Shown in pieces: positions 39,030 to 49,100 of a stretch of DNA of 52,857 nucleotides; the first letter of the stretch is position 1; the number at the start of each line of letters is the position of its first letter. The translations under genes and the position numbers were made by a program. The stretch is from Eubacteriales bacterium (GTDB lineage Bacteria > Bacillota > Clostridia > Oscillospirales > CAG-272). Under the pieces are notes generated by a model that worked only from the letters and a program-made list of their open reading frames with translations, made no database searches and was not told where the DNA came from. The DNA lies in NCBI GenBank assembly GCA_045531795.1, contig JAZSET010000092.1, positions 1-52,857 on the forward strand, read 5' to 3'.

Positions 39030-40673
39030 ATGGCAAAAACAAAAATTACTATGGAGAACATATCTGAGTTCCTTAATTCTTTGCCATATACGCAATTTAA
39101 AGCGCTGGTCGAGAATTATGCGGAGTGCAATCAAAACAATTTTGACAAAGAAATGAAGCGTCTTGTTACAATGGACCTTCAAAAACGGTTAGAAGTCTTG
39201 AATATCAACTCTATTTGTCCTCAATGCGGTTCGAGTATTGTTGTAAAAAACGGTAAAAAGAGTACAGGCGTCCAAAAATACAAATGTGCCGAATGCAATC
39301 ACGAATTTACACGCTTTAGCGGAACCATTTTAGAGAAAACACGATGGCACTGGGAGGTCTGGATCAAAGTCTTAGAACAATTATTATCCTTCAAATCAAT
39401 TGAAGATACCGTTACTGTTTTGAAAAAAGACTATGGTTGTGTTGGCATTAACAAGAAAACGGTCTGGCTTTGGCGGCTGAAATTGATGCATGCATTAGCC
39501 GTTTATCCACTGCCCACACTGACAGGTGTTATTCAAATGGATGAAACTTTTATTAGAGAAGCTCAAAAAGGAAGCCGAAATCTGCAAAGCCCGCTTCCAA
39601 AACGCGAACGAAAGCCGCGTTACGCCCGCTCTACATCAGAAATGGGTACTATGGGACCGGAATTTGCTACAGTAGTTGCTGCCGTTGATAGTAGAGGCTA
39701 CTGTGTATGCAAAGTGAGCAGCATGGGAAAACTCACAGTAGAGCAACTTGTAGATTTTATCGACCCTTATATCGAAAATCCGTCGTATATTTGTAGCGAC
39801 GGAAATGGTGCTTACGATGAGTATTGCAGAATGTTTAATTATGTTCACTACATAAAACCTTCTGGGTACAAAGACATCCTAAAAAATGAAGGTTATGAAA
39901 CTGTTGAACACCCTGATACACCAGAAGGCAAGAAAATAGCTGCTGAGAACAAAAAAATATTGCAAAGATTATATAAGGATGATAAGATTGATCGAATCAG
40001 TAATCGAGGCATGATTCCTTATTCGGAATTTTTGGAACTTAAATCCAAGCACGGATTAAACCTGGCAAGTGTAGATGGACTTCACAAGAAAATTAAAAAT
40101 TTTATTCGTGATAATTGTTCCAACGTGAGCACTAAATACCTACCCGATTATATTGGATTTTTAACCTTTAGAACAAATTGGACCGTAAAACACGGAGAAA
40201 GACCAGTCTCACTAAAAGACGCAGAAGAAATCCTTACAGAAATACTCAAGTTGAAGGTTAATTACACTACAGTTGACGTTGCAAATCAAACGATTACTGT
40301 GCCTAAACCAACCGGAAGATACATTGGCATGTTAAAGGCAGCAACAGAAAGAGCAAGAATCGCAACACAAAATAAGTACTTCAAATTTAACGAAGAAGAT
40401 GGGGTAAGAACCTTCAACAAGCGAGATTATTTATTAGACCTTCCGGAATGCAAATTTTATGCCATTTGCAGAGAGTGTAAATTAGAACGAGGCTATAAAA
40501 AACTTTCCACGTGGACTGTTGCAAATATGCTTCTAAAACATCCTGATATTGATGATATAATTTACAGAACTATTGCAAACGATAGGCATAGCCCATTTAC
40601 AGAAGAAGATCTCGAGTATTTCGAAGCAGAAAAAAGAAAAGCCAAATATAAGTCAAAAACTCCGGCGGATTAA
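39030..40673 (+). CDS. IS1595-family transposase-like protein, unusually long (547 aa)
   Basis: CPQCG...CAEC zinc ribbon, HTH (KTVWLWRLKL), DETF, SDG, VDGLH..IK, VSTKYL..Y. Confidence 0.8.
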   Translation: MAKTKITMENISEFLNSLPYTQFKALVENYAECNQNNFDKEMKRLVTMDLQKRLEVLNINSICPQCGSSIVVKNGKKSTGVQKYKCAECNHEFTRFSGTILEKTRWHWEVWIKVLEQLLSFKSIEDTVTVLKKDYGCVGINKKTVWLWRLKLMHALAVYPLPTLTGVIQMDETFIREAQKGSRNLQSPLPKRERKPRYARSTSEMGTMGPEFATVVAAVDSRGYCVCKVSSMGKLTVEQLVDFIDPYIENPSYICSDGNGAYDEYCRMFNYVHYIKPSGYKDILKNEGYETVEHPDTPEGKKIAAENKKILQRLYKDDKIDRISNRGMIPYSEFLELKSKHGLNLASVDGLHKKIKNFIRDNCSNVSTKYLPDYIGFLTFRTNWTVKHGERPVSLKDAEEILTEILKLKVNYTTVDVANQTITVPKPTGRYIGMLKAATERARIATQNKYFKFNEEDGVRTFNKRDYLLDLPECKFYAICRECKLERGYKKLSTWTVANMLLKHPDIDDIIYRTIANDRHSPFTEEDLEYFEAEKRKAKYKSKTPAD

Positions 40674-40693
40674 TTTCCGTCGGAGCCTTTTTT
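40655..40693. terminator. Bidirectional terminator at the transposase 3' end
   Basis: AAAAACTCCGGCGGA/TCCGTCGGAG stem with T tails on both strands. Confidence 0.7.
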
Positions 40694-40761
40694 ATGCTTA
40701 AAAATCAATCTTTGATATCGCAAAATATTATTGAAACATCTTACATAATGAAGATGAAAAC

Positions 40762-40788
40762 TTACGCAAAATAGTTAATTTTGCGTAT
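40762..40788. repeat. Left inverted recombination site (IRL)
   Basis: TTACGCAAAATAGTTAATTTTGCGTAT: 10-bp palindromic arms around an asymmetric core; reverse complement matches 41806-41832 at 26/27. Confidence 0.88.
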
Positions 40789-40801
40789 AATTTAACGACT
40801 A

Positions 40802-40830
40802 ATTATACCATAAATCGACAGTTTTTACAA
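40802..40830 (-). promoter_or_regulatory. Outward-facing sigma-A promoter inside the invertible segment
   Basis: Minus strand TTGTAA-17 bp-TATAAT with extended TG; predicted +1 near 40795, just inside IRL. Confidence 0.7.
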
Positions 40831-40901
40831 TATTAGATTTGTAACATTTTATCGATTTCTGTCTGTTAGTATATATTAATTGCATATTAAGGAGGATTTC
40901 T

Positions 40902-41819
40902 ATGCTATTTTCAAATGAAATTATATCAAATTGGCTACAGAGTAAAGAGCCACAGGTAAAAAGATCATCGTATCTACAATATAAGCGAACGGCAGAAATA
41001 GTGATGCGAGAAACAGAAACAATTCACACTCTTGAAGAGTTAGACGGACAGCAATTATATGAATGTTTATCAGAAAGATACCGTACAAAAACAATTCGCA
41101 GTATTTTTACTACTGCGAACCAAATAATATTATTTGCTTATAAAAACGGTTATTTCAAAACCTTAAAAACTCTTTCATTCAAATCAAGAAACACACGCAA
41201 AAATACGGTTGAAGTACTGACCGTAAAAGAACAAACCATATTAACGGATTTTCTGATGAAGGATATGAATTCTTCAAAGTTTGGCGTGCTGCTTTGCCTT
41301 TATACCGGAATGCGTCTTGGGGAACTGTGCGGTTTGAGGTGGGAAGATTTCAATATAAAAAGAAAGAGTGTTTACATACGTCGAACCATTCAGCGCATAG
41401 GAGCAAAAGGCGAAAAATCCTATTTTTCAATAGATACACCCAAAACAGACAACTCCACAAGAGAAATACCTTTCCCACCACTGCTTCAAAACATCATTAT
41501 GAGCTGGTATAAGCAGCAAAGTAAAGAAAACTATGTTGCATCAGGTTGTTGTGATTTCGTGCAACCAAGAACGTATCAAAACCGCTTAAAAGCCTATTTT
41601 AAGCAGTGCGGATTGCCTCAATATCATTTTCATACGCTACGTCACACATTCGCCAGTAGGGCTGTAGAGTTGGGGTTTGATGTGAAATCTTTGAGCGAAA
41701 TTTTAGGACACGCCAGTATTAAAACCACGTTGGAATTATATACGCATCCGTCTTTAGAGTGCAAGGCAAAAGAAATGAAGAAGTTCTCTAAGTTCATAAA
41801 AAATCATACGCAAAATTAA
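40902..41819 (+). CDS. Tyrosine recombinase, probable invertase
   Basis: YTGMRLGE (R), PKT (K), HTLRH, LGH, LYTH (Y) catalytic set intact; stop codon lies inside IRR. Confidence 0.92.
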   Translation: MLFSNEIISNWLQSKEPQVKRSSYLQYKRTAEIVMRETETIHTLEELDGQQLYECLSERYRTKTIRSIFTTANQIILFAYKNGYFKTLKTLSFKSRNTRKNTVEVLTVKEQTILTDFLMKDMNSSKFGVLLCLYTGMRLGELCGLRWEDFNIKRKSVYIRRTIQRIGAKGEKSYFSIDTPKTDNSTREIPFPPLLQNIIMSWYKQQSKENYVASGCCDFVQPRTYQNRLKAYFKQCGLPQYHFHTLRHTFASRAVELGFDVKSLSEILGHASIKTTLELYTHPSLECKAKEMKKFSKFIKNHTQN

Positions 41820-41832
41820 CTATTTTACGTAA
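41806..41832. repeat. Right inverted recombination site (IRR)
   Basis: ATACGCAAAATTAACTATTTTACGTAA, inverted copy of 40762-40788 with one mismatch. Confidence 0.88.
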
Positions 41833-41870
41833 ATTCACATTTTCAATTCAAATGCAAAGGAGAAATTCTT

Positions 41871-42596
41871 ATGGAACAGTTCTTTTTCAACAACACAGAG
41901 GCCCCTGCTATTGTAAATGCGAGCGAACATCACATGGCACTATTATTTTTACTTGACACATCAGGCTCGATGGGAGCTCAACTTATGGGTTCAAATTCAA
42001 CGCCGATAAACGAATTAAACAAAGCAATTAACCGTTTTAAGGCGGAAGTGTGTCAAGATGAGCACACAAAAGACATCCTTGACGTTGCAGTAGTGGAGTT
42101 TAACAGCGAATTCAGAGTTGTTCAGGAGTTTTCTCCAATCGAATACTTAAAACCGGTTGAGCTGCAAGCTAATGGAACTACATATCTTTGCGAACCATTG
42201 AACGTCGCTCTTGATATGGTAACCGAGCGTTCAAGATTTTATCGCAGATCAGGTGCGGAGCCTTACAAGCCTTGGATTGTTATTATTACCGACGGAATGG
42301 CTATGGATGATTCCAGATCTTTAAGCGCAGCAATTGAAAGAACCGCTGAAATGGTTAATCAAGAAAAGGTTGCTGTATGGTCCCTTGTTGTTGGAGATGC
42401 TACTGAAGATGAAAATGTGTTGCATCTGCTTCATCAAATATGCGGAAAGCGTGTTTTAAAGCTTGAGGGATATGATTTTTCCGGATTTTTGGATTGGGCT
42501 AATAAGAGTATGCGTGCGGTATCTCAAAGCTCTCCCGGCGACAAGGTGAAAGGTCAGCAGCTTCCGGACACGGTATCTATTGACGATTTGATGTAA
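41871..42596 (+). CDS. TerY-like vWA domain protein
   Basis: LLDTSGSM MIDAS, ANGTT, YKPWIVIITDG; first gene of a vWA-PP2C-kinase triad. Confidence 0.88.
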   Translation: MEQFFFNNTEAPAIVNASEHHMALLFLLDTSGSMGAQLMGSNSTPINELNKAINRFKAEVCQDEHTKDILDVAVVEFNSEFRVVQEFSPIEYLKPVELQANGTTYLCEPLNVALDMVTERSRFYRRSGAEPYKPWIVIITDGMAMDDSRSLSAAIERTAEMVNQEKVAVWSLVVGDATEDENVLHLLHQICGKRVLKLEGYDFSGFLDWANKSMRAVSQSSPGDKVKGQQLPDTVSIDDLM

Positions 42597-42610
42597 GGAG
42601 CCAGAACTTT

Positions 42611-43492
42611 ATGATTTACTCATATGGTGTTACTCAAACAGGACAGTACCACATAAAAAATAATACTGTATGTCAGGATTCTCATTGTATAAAAATTATT
42701 AATGAGCATTTTGCAATTGCTGCGGTAGCTGATGGTTTGGGTAGTGAAAAATATTCTGATATTGCATCTAAAATTGCCGCTGAGGATTCTGTAAAGTATT
42801 GTTGCGAGAATATTGCAGAAGACGATACCGAAACCGTGATTTTATCAGCAATTAAGGCCTCTTTTGAAATAGCGCTGAATAATATTCGAAAAACCGCACA
42901 AAACAATCAACACGATATTAATGAATACGATACAACACTTGCACTTGCAGTTTTTATCAACGGAAACGTATGCTTTGGTAATTCCGGAGACAGTGGAATA
43001 GTCGTTCTCAACAGTGATGGCACATACGAAAACTTGACAGAACAGCAACGCGACGAAAACGGTTGTGTATTCCCTCTTTATTTTGGGGAAGATAAATGGG
43101 TTTTTGGAAGCAAAAACAAAGTTGCAAGCGTACTACTTGCAACTGACGGTATTTATGAAACCTTATTCCCGTATTTACTGCGTGGAGAAGATGAAGAAAT
43201 GTATATAGCGCTTGCAAGATATTTGATGAGCGAAGAAAGTCTTGGTTTTGAGAATTCTGAAGAAGGACAAGTGCAAAAGCAGATGTATTCTTTTATAGAA
43301 AGCATTCCTGGCGATCAAGTATCAGACGATAAAACTGTTGTTGTTTTAGTCGATACATCTGTAAAGGTTGAAAAACAGCCTGATGAATATTATCAAGCTC
43401 CGGACTGGGCAGCCTTAAAAAAGAAGCGAGACGAGGAATATCGCCGTGCGGCATATCCGCATTTATTTGATGATTCTTCATCGGAAAAATAA
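42611..43492 (+). CDS. PP2C-family phosphatase (TerY-P type)
   Basis: G.YH......CQD, AVADGLGS, GDSG, LATDG, DDKT motifs. Confidence 0.88.
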   Translation: MIYSYGVTQTGQYHIKNNTVCQDSHCIKIINEHFAIAAVADGLGSEKYSDIASKIAAEDSVKYCCENIAEDDTETVILSAIKASFEIALNNIRKTAQNNQHDINEYDTTLALAVFINGNVCFGNSGDSGIVVLNSDGTYENLTEQQRDENGCVFPLYFGEDKWVFGSKNKVASVLLATDGIYETLFPYLLRGEDEEMYIALARYLMSEESLGFENSEEGQVQKQMYSFIESIPGDQVSDDKTVVVLVDTSVKVEKQPDEYYQAPDWAALKKKRDEEYRRAAYPHLFDDSSSEK

Positions 43493-43513
43493 AAACATCT
43501 TGGGGGAACTATT

Positions 43514-46093
43514 ATGAAACTATACGGAACACAAGGAGAATATCAACTGCCGGATAAGCCTTTAGCACAAGGAGGCGAAGGCGCAATTTATACAGTTGAA
43601 AACAAAACAGATTTAGTCGCTAAGGTCTATCATCAAGAAAAACTTAATTCTGACCCGGAGTTGGAAAGCAAAATTAAGTATATGGTAAGCAACACGCCTA
43701 ACAAATCTGTACTCAACCAAATCGCCTGGCCATTGGACATTTTGTATGATGGCTCAAGACGTTTTATCGGATTTACAATGCCGAAACTTAACACCGACAC
43801 AGATTTGAAGACAATATACCCATACCCACCCAAAAAGGAACTGCCGATATCAAACGAACAAAAGCTCATTGTGGCTATAAATATTTGTATCGTAATTTCA
43901 GAAATACATAAGGCGGGATATATATTCGGTGATTTCAATCCTATGAACATAGGCGTAAATCTTACAACAGGGCACGTCGCTTTCTACGATACGGATTCTT
44001 ATCATTTTACCGATCCTAACACGGGACATACTTACCGCTGTGGAGTTGGTGCTGATGGATATATTGCTCCTGAACTCATACAGCATTGCCATGATTGCAA
44101 GTCGGATTATTTAAATGCTCCATTGCCGACCTTTACAAGAGAAACAGATGAGTTTGCTTTGGGCATTCATATATTTAAGTTGCTTATGAACGGATACACA
44201 CCGTTTAACGGCATAAAAGAGTGCGAAAGCGCTTCTCAATCTTCTCCCGGCACGGGTAATATTGCCATTGAAAGAGATAATTATTGTTTCAAACCCGGCA
44301 ACAAGCCTCAAAGTCCTGCTACTCCGGATTTGTCCAGCTTAACACCGGATATTCAATTCCTTTTCAAGAAAACATTCCTTGGCGGTAATAAAGACCCACA
44401 AAGCAGGGCCACACCCGAGGAATGGAAAGATGCTTTGATTGAATACAAAAATGAAATGAAGCAGTGTGCAAACAACCCGCTTCATCATTACTATGTAAAC
44501 AATTCCTCCTGTCCATATTGTGAAGCAGATAAGCGATATCAACAAAGTATTTCTCAGGCTTCACAAACATATAAAACAGGCACAAGCGGCAGCTCACAAT
44601 TCGGTTTTTCCAATCCCATAAACGTGCCGCCATCTTCCTCGAATCAATCATCGAATCAATATCAGCAGCCAAACAAAGCTCAAAAAACACGCAATCAGAT
44701 AATTCTTCGTGTATTGCTTTGGGTATTCTTTTGGCCCATTATGCTTTCAATAAAGATATATAAGACAAGGTGGCACGGATTAGTAAAGGCTATTGCAATT
44801 TATATGGTAATCTCAATGGGATTTAATATTTATGGCGGAGCGTTAGCGGGTGTAGTTGGAATACTCTCGCTTGGATCCGGTGACGGAAATTCAGCTTTTA
44901 GCAGTAATACCGTTATAGACGGCGATTATATGTTCACAAAGGAAGACGATAGTTATACCGTAAGCGTCGCTCCAAAGCGTGTATCCAATATTAAGGGTGA
45001 AATTGAAATTCCATCAAGCCACAAGGGCATTCCGGTAACAGGAATTTCAGAATACGCCTTTGAAAACTGCAGTAACATCACTTCTGTTGTTGTGCCGGAT
45101 TCGGTTGTTAGCATTGGAAAAGGAGCGTTTAAGGGCTGCGATAGCATTGAAAGTATTACACTGCCATTCATAGGCACTTCGGAAGATGCAACAAAAAACG
45201 AAGCATTATTCGGCAACATCTTTGGAGAAGAAGTTATACGAAAAGATGGCGAGTATGTATCATATGATGATACTGCTTTAAATAAAAGCCCGGTCGAAAT
45301 TCCGGGAGAAACTTGGCAGTATACTTGGCAAGAATATGGTGGAATAATCTCTGATACTTATACTGAATATTACTATTATTATATTCCGGATACGCTTTCC
45401 GAAATAATTATAACAAAACAAAGGAATATTCCGGACTATGCATTTAATGGTTGTGAAAATATCGAAAAAATAACTTATCTCGGTAAAGCAAAAGCGGGAG
45501 ATAAATTGACAGTTGGAGAGGCTGCTTTCCAAAATTGTCACAAGTTAACATTTGATGATACTCTCTACATTGGGGATGAGTATATGTCGATAGGTGACTA
45601 CGCCTATAAAAACTGTTACAACATTAAGGCTGTAGAGATATCGAGTTATGTGCGATATATTGGGTATGGGGCATTTAACGGATGTAATCAAATTGAGAAA
45701 ATCACATTGCCTTTTATCGGCACAGCCGAAGATGCAACCCGAAATAATGCTGTGTTTGGTAATATTTTTGGTGGAGAAGTTGTCCAAAAAGGCGAATATA
45801 TATCAACCCAAGATACGGCACTAAACAAAAAGCCAATAGAAATATCAGGAGAAACTTGGCAGTACACCTGGCAAGAATATGGCGGACTTGGTTCTGAGAC
45901 CTATACAAACTATTACTATTATTATATTCCTGACAGCTTGACAGAAGTTGAGGTTACAAAACAAGCAAAAATTCCGGACTACGGATTTAATGGTTGTAAA
46001 AATCTTGTTTCAATAGGTTTGCCTAACGGATATATACTTGGTGAATTTTCACTCCAAGATTGTCCGGCTATCATTACAGAAAGCACTAATTAA
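43514..46093 (+). CDS. TerY-P-type Ser/Thr kinase fused to zinc knuckle, TM segments and BspA-type LRRs
   Basis: QGGEG, VAKVY, AWP, GDFNPMN, DTDS, APE; C...H.Y....CPYC; two hydrophobic helices; IPDSVxSIGxxAFxGC-type repeats. Confidence 0.85.
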   Translation: MKLYGTQGEYQLPDKPLAQGGEGAIYTVENKTDLVAKVYHQEKLNSDPELESKIKYMVSNTPNKSVLNQIAWPLDILYDGSRRFIGFTMPKLNTDTDLKTIYPYPPKKELPISNEQKLIVAINICIVISEIHKAGYIFGDFNPMNIGVNLTTGHVAFYDTDSYHFTDPNTGHTYRCGVGADGYIAPELIQHCHDCKSDYLNAPLPTFTRETDEFALGIHIFKLLMNGYTPFNGIKECESASQSSPGTGNIAIERDNYCFKPGNKPQSPATPDLSSLTPDIQFLFKKTFLGGNKDPQSRATPEEWKDALIEYKNEMKQCANNPLHHYYVNNSSCPYCEADKRYQQSISQASQTYKTGTSGSSQFGFSNPINVPPSSSNQSSNQYQQPNKAQKTRNQIILRVLLWVFFWPIMLSIKIYKTRWHGLVKAIAIYMVISMGFNIYGGALAGVVGILSLGSGDGNSAFSSNTVIDGDYMFTKEDDSYTVSVAPKRVSNIKGEIEIPSSHKGIPVTGISEYAFENCSNITSVVVPDSVVSIGKGAFKGCDSIESITLPFIGTSEDATKNEALFGNIFGEEVIRKDGEYVSYDDTALNKSPVEIPGETWQYTWQEYGGIISDTYTEYYYYYIPDTLSEIIITKQRNIPDYAFNGCENIEKITYLGKAKAGDKLTVGEAAFQNCHKLTFDDTLYIGDEYMSIGDYAYKNCYNIKAVEISSYVRYIGYGAFNGCNQIEKITLPFIGTAEDATRNNAVFGNIFGGEVVQKGEYISTQDTALNKKPIEISGETWQYTWQEYGGLGSETYTNYYYYYIPDSLTEVEVTKQAKIPDYGFNGCKNLVSIGLPNGYILGEFSLQDCPAIITESTN

Positions 46094-46114
46094 AATTTTT
46101 CGGAGGTAACAATT

Positions 46115-49100
46115 ATGAACACAACACTGTCTGTATTTGAACAGAATCAACACCAAATGATAAGCGACGGACTTCTTGCCGCAGATAGATTGATAAATAA
46201 AAGTTACCTCATAAACTTGATAAACAGCAAGGTTTTACCGCTTGATGAAAATAAAAAAACGACATCTCCTATTCGTCTTTGCAAAATTGAAAAGCTTGTT
46301 TTTGACAAAGAGGAGAATATTAACGATAAACTTATCAGCGTATATAGTAGCTTATTGAATATCAATAGCACGGCCTTGCTGATTATCAAGGGAAACAAAG
46401 AAGAAGTGTCTTTCTATATCGGTGTTCGCTCAGACACAAACGCAGCTGTTGCAGAACTGATACTTGAAAAAAGCTTTCTCGGAAATTTTGCAGGTAGCAG
46501 TTTAAAGCGACTGAGAAATACCGATATCGCGAACGTTATGAATATATCTTCAGACAATACATCTAATTCGTCTAAGAATATATCTTGTGTAACAGTAGTT
46601 CCCTCTATGCGCGACGAAGATAAAAAGCAGTTTGTTCAAGGAATAGAAAAATTCATTGACACAATGCAAGGCGAATGCTATACGGCGGTTTGTATTGCCC
46701 AGCCGTTAAGTAAAGAAAACCTTGAGATCCGAAAGCGCAGCTTGGAGGAAATGTATTCTGCCCTTTCGCCGTACGCAAAAACAACGCTTACATACGGCGA
46801 CAATTACAGTAAAGCAGTTACTGCCGGTATGAGCGAAAGCTTTACTCAAGGTATAAATAACAGCATTTCAACATCCAATGGTATAAATAAAAGCACAAGC
46901 GCTTCAAATAATACAGGGCTTAATGTAGGTATTATGGGTTCAGGCTTTAATACCGGGCATTCAAAGAGCTACACAACAGGAACTTCTTGGACAAATTCGG
47001 TTACAAAAGGAACATCGAATTCCACATCACAAAGCACAAACTCATCCGAATCTGAAACAAACGGAACATCAAGAACCCTATCTTCAGAACATCAAAACAA
47101 GTCCGTAGCAATACTACTCGAAAAGATCGACCAACAGCTTAAGCGTTTTAAGGATTGCGAGGGCTTTGGAATTTGGGAGTGTGCTTCATACTTTATTGCC
47201 GATGATGTTCAAACGTCTGTTGTTGCGGCTAATACGTATAAAGCATTGATGCTCGGCGATAATACCTCTGTTGAGAATTCTTATGTCAATGTTTGGGGGC
47301 CTCAGGCAAATATCGAAAAAGACGCCGTAATTGAGTACATAAAATACGGCATTCATCCTATATTTGAAATTCAGTCCAATCACGGATATACATCTCAAAT
47401 CGTCACACCGGGCAACTACATAAGCGGAAAAGAGCTTCCGCTTTTGGTTGGCATACCGCATAAATCAGTTGCTGGTATTCCAATTATTTCTACTGCTGAA
47501 TTTGGAAGAAATGTATTTGTTCAAAACTCACGGCAAAACAGTAAAAAAATGCGTCTCGGCAGAGTGCATCATATGGGTAGAACCGAGTTTGAGCCGGTTG
47601 AACTCGACTTAAATAGCTTTACGTCTCATTGCTTTATAACCGGCTCTACCGGCTCTGGTAAATCAAATACGGTTTATTGTCTTCTTGAAAACTTCATGCA
47701 CAATAATATTCCGTTCTTGGTTATTGAGCCGGCAAAAGGCGAATATAAAGACGAATTTGGTGGCGTTGAAAATATAAATATTTTCACAACTTCACCTTCG
47801 GTGGGCAGACTTTTGAAACTAAATCCGTTTAGCTTCAACCAAAACATTCATATTCTCGAACATTTAGACAGGCTTATTGAGATATTCAATGCTTGTTGGG
47901 AAATGTATGCTGCAATGCCCGCAATACTTAAAGACGCCATTGAAAAAATATACATCAACAAAGGATGGGACTTATTAAACTCTGTTTACAGAGGTGATGG
48001 AGAGCCGACCTTTCCGACTTTTGACGATTTAATGCAGGTTCTGCCCCAAATTATAAATAATTCGGAGTATTCTGCCGATACCAAAGGAGACTATGTCGGT
48101 GCGCTTGTAACAAGAGTTTCTTCCCTGACAAATGGTATATCCGGTCAAATATTCTGCGATTGCTATGATATACCGGACACAACTCTGTTTGATGAGAATA
48201 CAATCATTGATTTAAGCCGAGTAGGCTCAAGCGAAACAAAATCCCTCATTATGGGTATCCTTGTCCTTAAACTTTCGGAATACAGAATGGCAACTGCAAA
48301 TTCTGCAAATTCCGGCTTAAGACATATCATCGTATTAGAGGAAGCACACAATTTGCTGAAAAAATCAACTCACGAATCAGCAGGAAGCAATGTTGTCGGC
48401 AAATCTGTCGAGATGATATGTAATAGTATCGCCGAAATGCGTACATACGGCGAAGGATTTATTATAGTTGACCAGTCCCCCACAGCAGTGGATATCGCAG
48501 CCATAAAAAACACAAACACAAAAATCGTTATGCGACTTCCGGAGAAAAGCGACTGCGATGTCGCAGGTAACGCTGTCGGTCTTGATGAAAACCAAATGAA
48601 AGAATTATCAAGACTTGAAACCGGAGTGGCGGTTGTTATGCAAAATAATTGGCTGCAAGCCGTTCTAACCCATATCGATGCTTTCTCAGGCTCGTATTAC
48701 TGCAAGGTTCCATCGGTATCATATGATTCGGTAAGACATTTACGTGGTGCCGCAATTCGCGAATTGATGGATCAATATATTGTTGAGCGTCAAATGAACT
48801 TGGAAAAACTGCACGGTGTAATAGATAGCATTGAAATAGCACCCCACAAAAAGCAAGAAATGAAGTGTTGTTTACAACAGGTATTCAATAGACTCGATAA
48901 AGGAAGAGATATTGATTTCTTCTGCGAAACTTTGTTAAACGTCTCAGGTGCAAAGTCACTCTTTGATATCATACAATCAACTGTAATTAAAATAAACGAT
49001 GGTGAAAAAGATACTTACACTGTTGATAGTGTCAAAGAATGGCAAGAAAGATTTTACAGCGGTATCAAAAAATATATTGATTTGCCTGACGAATATGTTT

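Larger units (their letters stand above)
38905..40721 (+). mobile_element. Putative IS1595-family element, ends uncertain
   Basis: Transposase plus a 12/13 inverted match ATTGGTTTTTAAG (38917-29) / CTTAAAAATCAAT (40697-709); flanks AAGTTATT and AAAATATT are a 6/8 possible target duplication. Confidence 0.4.

Noticed and set aside
40902-41819. Recombinase as an ICE or prophage integrase
   Set aside because: The flanking sites are inverted rather than direct, the protein is short with no obvious arm-binding domain, and no excisionase, tRNA target or direct att repeat is visible.
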